From a virus, in the UHGV virus genome UHGV-0302460: a stretch of 17,770 nt of DNA. One strand, given 5' to 3'. The translations under genes and the position numbers were made by a program. Shown in pieces: positions 16,165-17,770 of the stretch (positions within the stretch are counted from its first letter, which is position 1; each line of letters starts with the position of its first letter). Under the pieces are notes generated by a model that saw only the letters and a list, made by a program, of their open reading frames with translations, did not search any database and was not told the DNA's origin.

Positions 16165-16187
16165 GGGGCTTCGGCCCCATTTTTAAT
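16165..16187 (+). terminator. Putative rho-independent terminator (UUCG tetraloop hairpin plus T-tract)
   Basis: GGGGC-TTCG-GCCCC followed by ATTTTTAAT, 11 nt after the capsid stop. Confidence 0.55.
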
Positions 16188-16196
16188 GGGGGGCAT

Positions 16197-16373
16197 ATGG
16201 CCGGATTAACTAAAGAGCAAAGAGCACAGCGTGAAGCCGCACAAAAAACGCAAATTGAGTTAGTGGTTATGGTGACCGATTATCAGATGTTTCCCGGCGC
16301 ACCAACTATCGCTAATGTTCATCCTGATGAAGTTGACAACTGGAAGGCTGTGGGCTGGAAAACTCAGGAGTAA
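16197..16373 (+). CDS. Small hypothetical phage protein (58 aa)
   Basis: ATG at 16197 is preceded by a G-rich SD-like stretch. Translation MAGLTKEQRAQREAAQKTQIELVVMVTDYQMFPGAPTIANVHPDEVDNWKAVGWKTQE. It exactly fills the gap between the capsid terminator and the next gene. It falls below the ORF-track size cut-off. Confidence 0.4.
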   Translation: MAGLTKEQRAQREAAQKTQIELVVMVTDYQMFPGAPTIANVHPDEVDNWKAVGWKTQE

Positions 16374-16376
16374 CAC

Positions 16377-16772
16377 ATGATCACTTACGTGACCTGTGAT
16401 GACGTTGATAATGCGTTTGGGAACGCCTGGACGAGTGAGAACGCTAAAAATAAAGCTGTTTTAATGGCTAATGCCTGGCTTAATGGCTTCAACCTGAAAA
16501 TTAACCCATCCCGTATTCCGGAAGAGGTAAAACTTGCGGGAGCATATGCAGCCAGAATTGCCTCATTCGGTAAGTTGTTTCAGCAGAAAAATGATTCTGG
16601 CGTTGTTATCAGTAAAGCCGTGTCGGCTGACGGGGTCAGTGTATCGAAATCATTTTCTGAGTTGCCAGCAAACAGCACTGCATTGCTTGAACCCGATTTA
16701 CAGCTTGCGATAGCACTGCTGAAACCGTACGGACTTAGTCGCTCACAAGTCAGGGTTGTGAGGGGGGGATAA
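16377..16772 (+). CDS. Head-tail connector / head completion protein (gp6-like, putative)
   Basis: 131 aa with a good RBS (AGGAG). Size and position after the capsid are typical of a head-tail connector protein. Confidence 0.45.
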   Translation: MITYVTCDDVDNAFGNAWTSENAKNKAVLMANAWLNGFNLKINPSRIPEEVKLAGAYAARIASFGKLFQQKNDSGVVISKAVSADGVSVSKSFSELPANSTALLEPDLQLAIALLKPYGLSRSQVRVVRGG

Positions 16773-17155
16773 TGGGGCTTCGTGAAGAGATTCAGTCAGA
16801 GGTTGCCGCTGCTTTTGATGAGGATTTAGCGGACGCCGTGAGTGATTTTTCTGGTTCTTACGTTACGCACCGGCACTGGGATCCTGTGACGGAAACTGGC
16901 GGCGAATCCACCGCAATCTATACCGGGCGAGGCGTGTTGACACGTTATAAGCTGGGCAGAATTGATGGGATTAATATTTTGCATGGTGACCTTAAATTAA
17001 CCGCTCTGGTATGCGAGGTTACGGATAAACCAGCTGTCGACCATATTATTGAGATTTATGATCCTGTATCAAGGCAGTTACAACGATACGAGGTAATTAC
17101 AGCAAGTGTAGATCCTTCCGCATCAGTTTACTCTATCCAGTTAAGGAGAGCGTAA
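16772..17155 (+). CDS. Hypothetical phage head-tail joining protein
   Basis: 127 aa, translationally coupled to the upstream gene, with a GAGGGGGG RBS. Assignment is by position in the morphogenesis cluster only. Confidence 0.45.
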   Translation: MGLREEIQSEVAAAFDEDLADAVSDFSGSYVTHRHWDPVTETGGESTAIYTGRGVLTRYKLGRIDGINILHGDLKLTALVCEVTDKPAVDHIIEIYDPVSRQLQRYEVITASVDPSASVYSIQLRRA

Positions 17156-17563
17156 ATGGCAAAGGCATGGGATATAGAACCGTCAATATTTGCCGGGATG
17201 ATTGAGGAAGATGTAGGGCTGAAGATTCGCTACATCGCTATTCAGATTCTTACTGCTATTGATATTGCTGCTCCGGTTGATACCGGACGTTTCAGAAATA
17301 ACAACCTGGTGTCGTTACAGCATCCCGATTTTGGTATATCTGATAACGTGGATCCGAACGGTACGATTGCTGTTCAGCGTGGGATCGGGGTTATTTCGAA
17401 AGCTGCAAATTACGGAGTTATTTATATCCAGAATAACCTTCCTTATGCAGAGGCTCTTGAAAACGGTCATTCACAACAAGCGCCAACTGGCGTGTATGCC
17501 AACGCTTTTCATGGTGTTTTACAGGCTTACAAGGCTTTGTTGAATAAATCGAACTTTTGCTGA
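17156..17563 (+). CDS. HK97 gp10-like neck / tail-completion family protein
   Basis: 135 aa with an AGGAGAG RBS. Contains the PVDTGRFRNN motif typical of the HK97 gp10 family (DTGRLRNS). Confidence 0.55.
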   Translation: MAKAWDIEPSIFAGMIEEDVGLKIRYIAIQILTAIDIAAPVDTGRFRNNNLVSLQHPDFGISDNVDPNGTIAVQRGIGVISKAANYGVIYIQNNLPYAEALENGHSQQAPTGVYANAFHGVLQAYKALLNKSNFC

Positions 17564-17770
17564 GTTGAAGGATCAGATCACGCATCCTCCCGACAACACA
17601 GACCATTCCGTGGCAAAGCAAAAGTTCAGAATCAGCCAGTTGGCGCTTGTTGTGAATGACCGTTTTCAAGAGCCTCTGCATAAGGAAGGTTATTCTGGAT
17701 ATAAATAACTCCGTAATTTGCAGCTTTCGAAATAACCCCGATCCCACGCTGAACAGCAATCGTACCGTTC
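17356..17770. repeat. Perfect inverted repeat pair at right window edge: arm 17356..17491 is the reverse complement of arm 17635..17770, with a 143-bp spacer
   Basis: Checked base by base; arms are 136 bp and the match stops at 17492/17634. Arm 1 lies inside the gp10-like gene; arm 2 ends at the last base of the window. Confidence 0.9.

Noticed and set aside
1-17770. Possibility that the two terminal inverted repeats mark a complete linear genome with inverted terminal repeats or hairpin telomeres
   Set aside because: The left and right ends are not reverse complements of each other. Each fold-back is local with a non-palindromic spacer, which does not fit hairpin telomeres or end-to-end inverted terminal repeats. 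The gene content is also truncated at both ends.

Overview
This 17.8-kb window looks like enterobacterial (E. coli-like) prophage DNA made of two unrelated phage late-gene modules that run in opposite directions away from a rearranged Rz/Rz1 spanin locus at about 4.5-5.5 kb. The left module (minus strand) is lambda-like: a cosQ/cosN-like site, a Nu1-like small terminase, a gpA-like large terminase, a gpW-like protein and the 5' part of a portal gene. The right module (plus strand) has an N-terminally truncated Rz with an intact nested Rz1, an AT-rich trkG potassium-transporter moron (as in the Rac prophage), a ParB-like nuclease-domain protein, a hypothetical protein with glycosyltransferase-like motifs, a small HTH protein, then small terminase, large terminase, portal, Mu F-like head morphogenesis protein, scaffold, major capsid and head-tail connector genes. 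The Rz region is a zig-zag of four alternately oriented Rz segments joined through perfect 99-bp and 126-bp inverted repeats, which I read as a recombination or inversion scar, or possibly a mis-assembly. Both window ends stop in perfect 136-bp local fold-back inverted repeats, which are most likely artefacts. All protein assignments rest on reading the translations against remembered family hallmarks; no database search was run.
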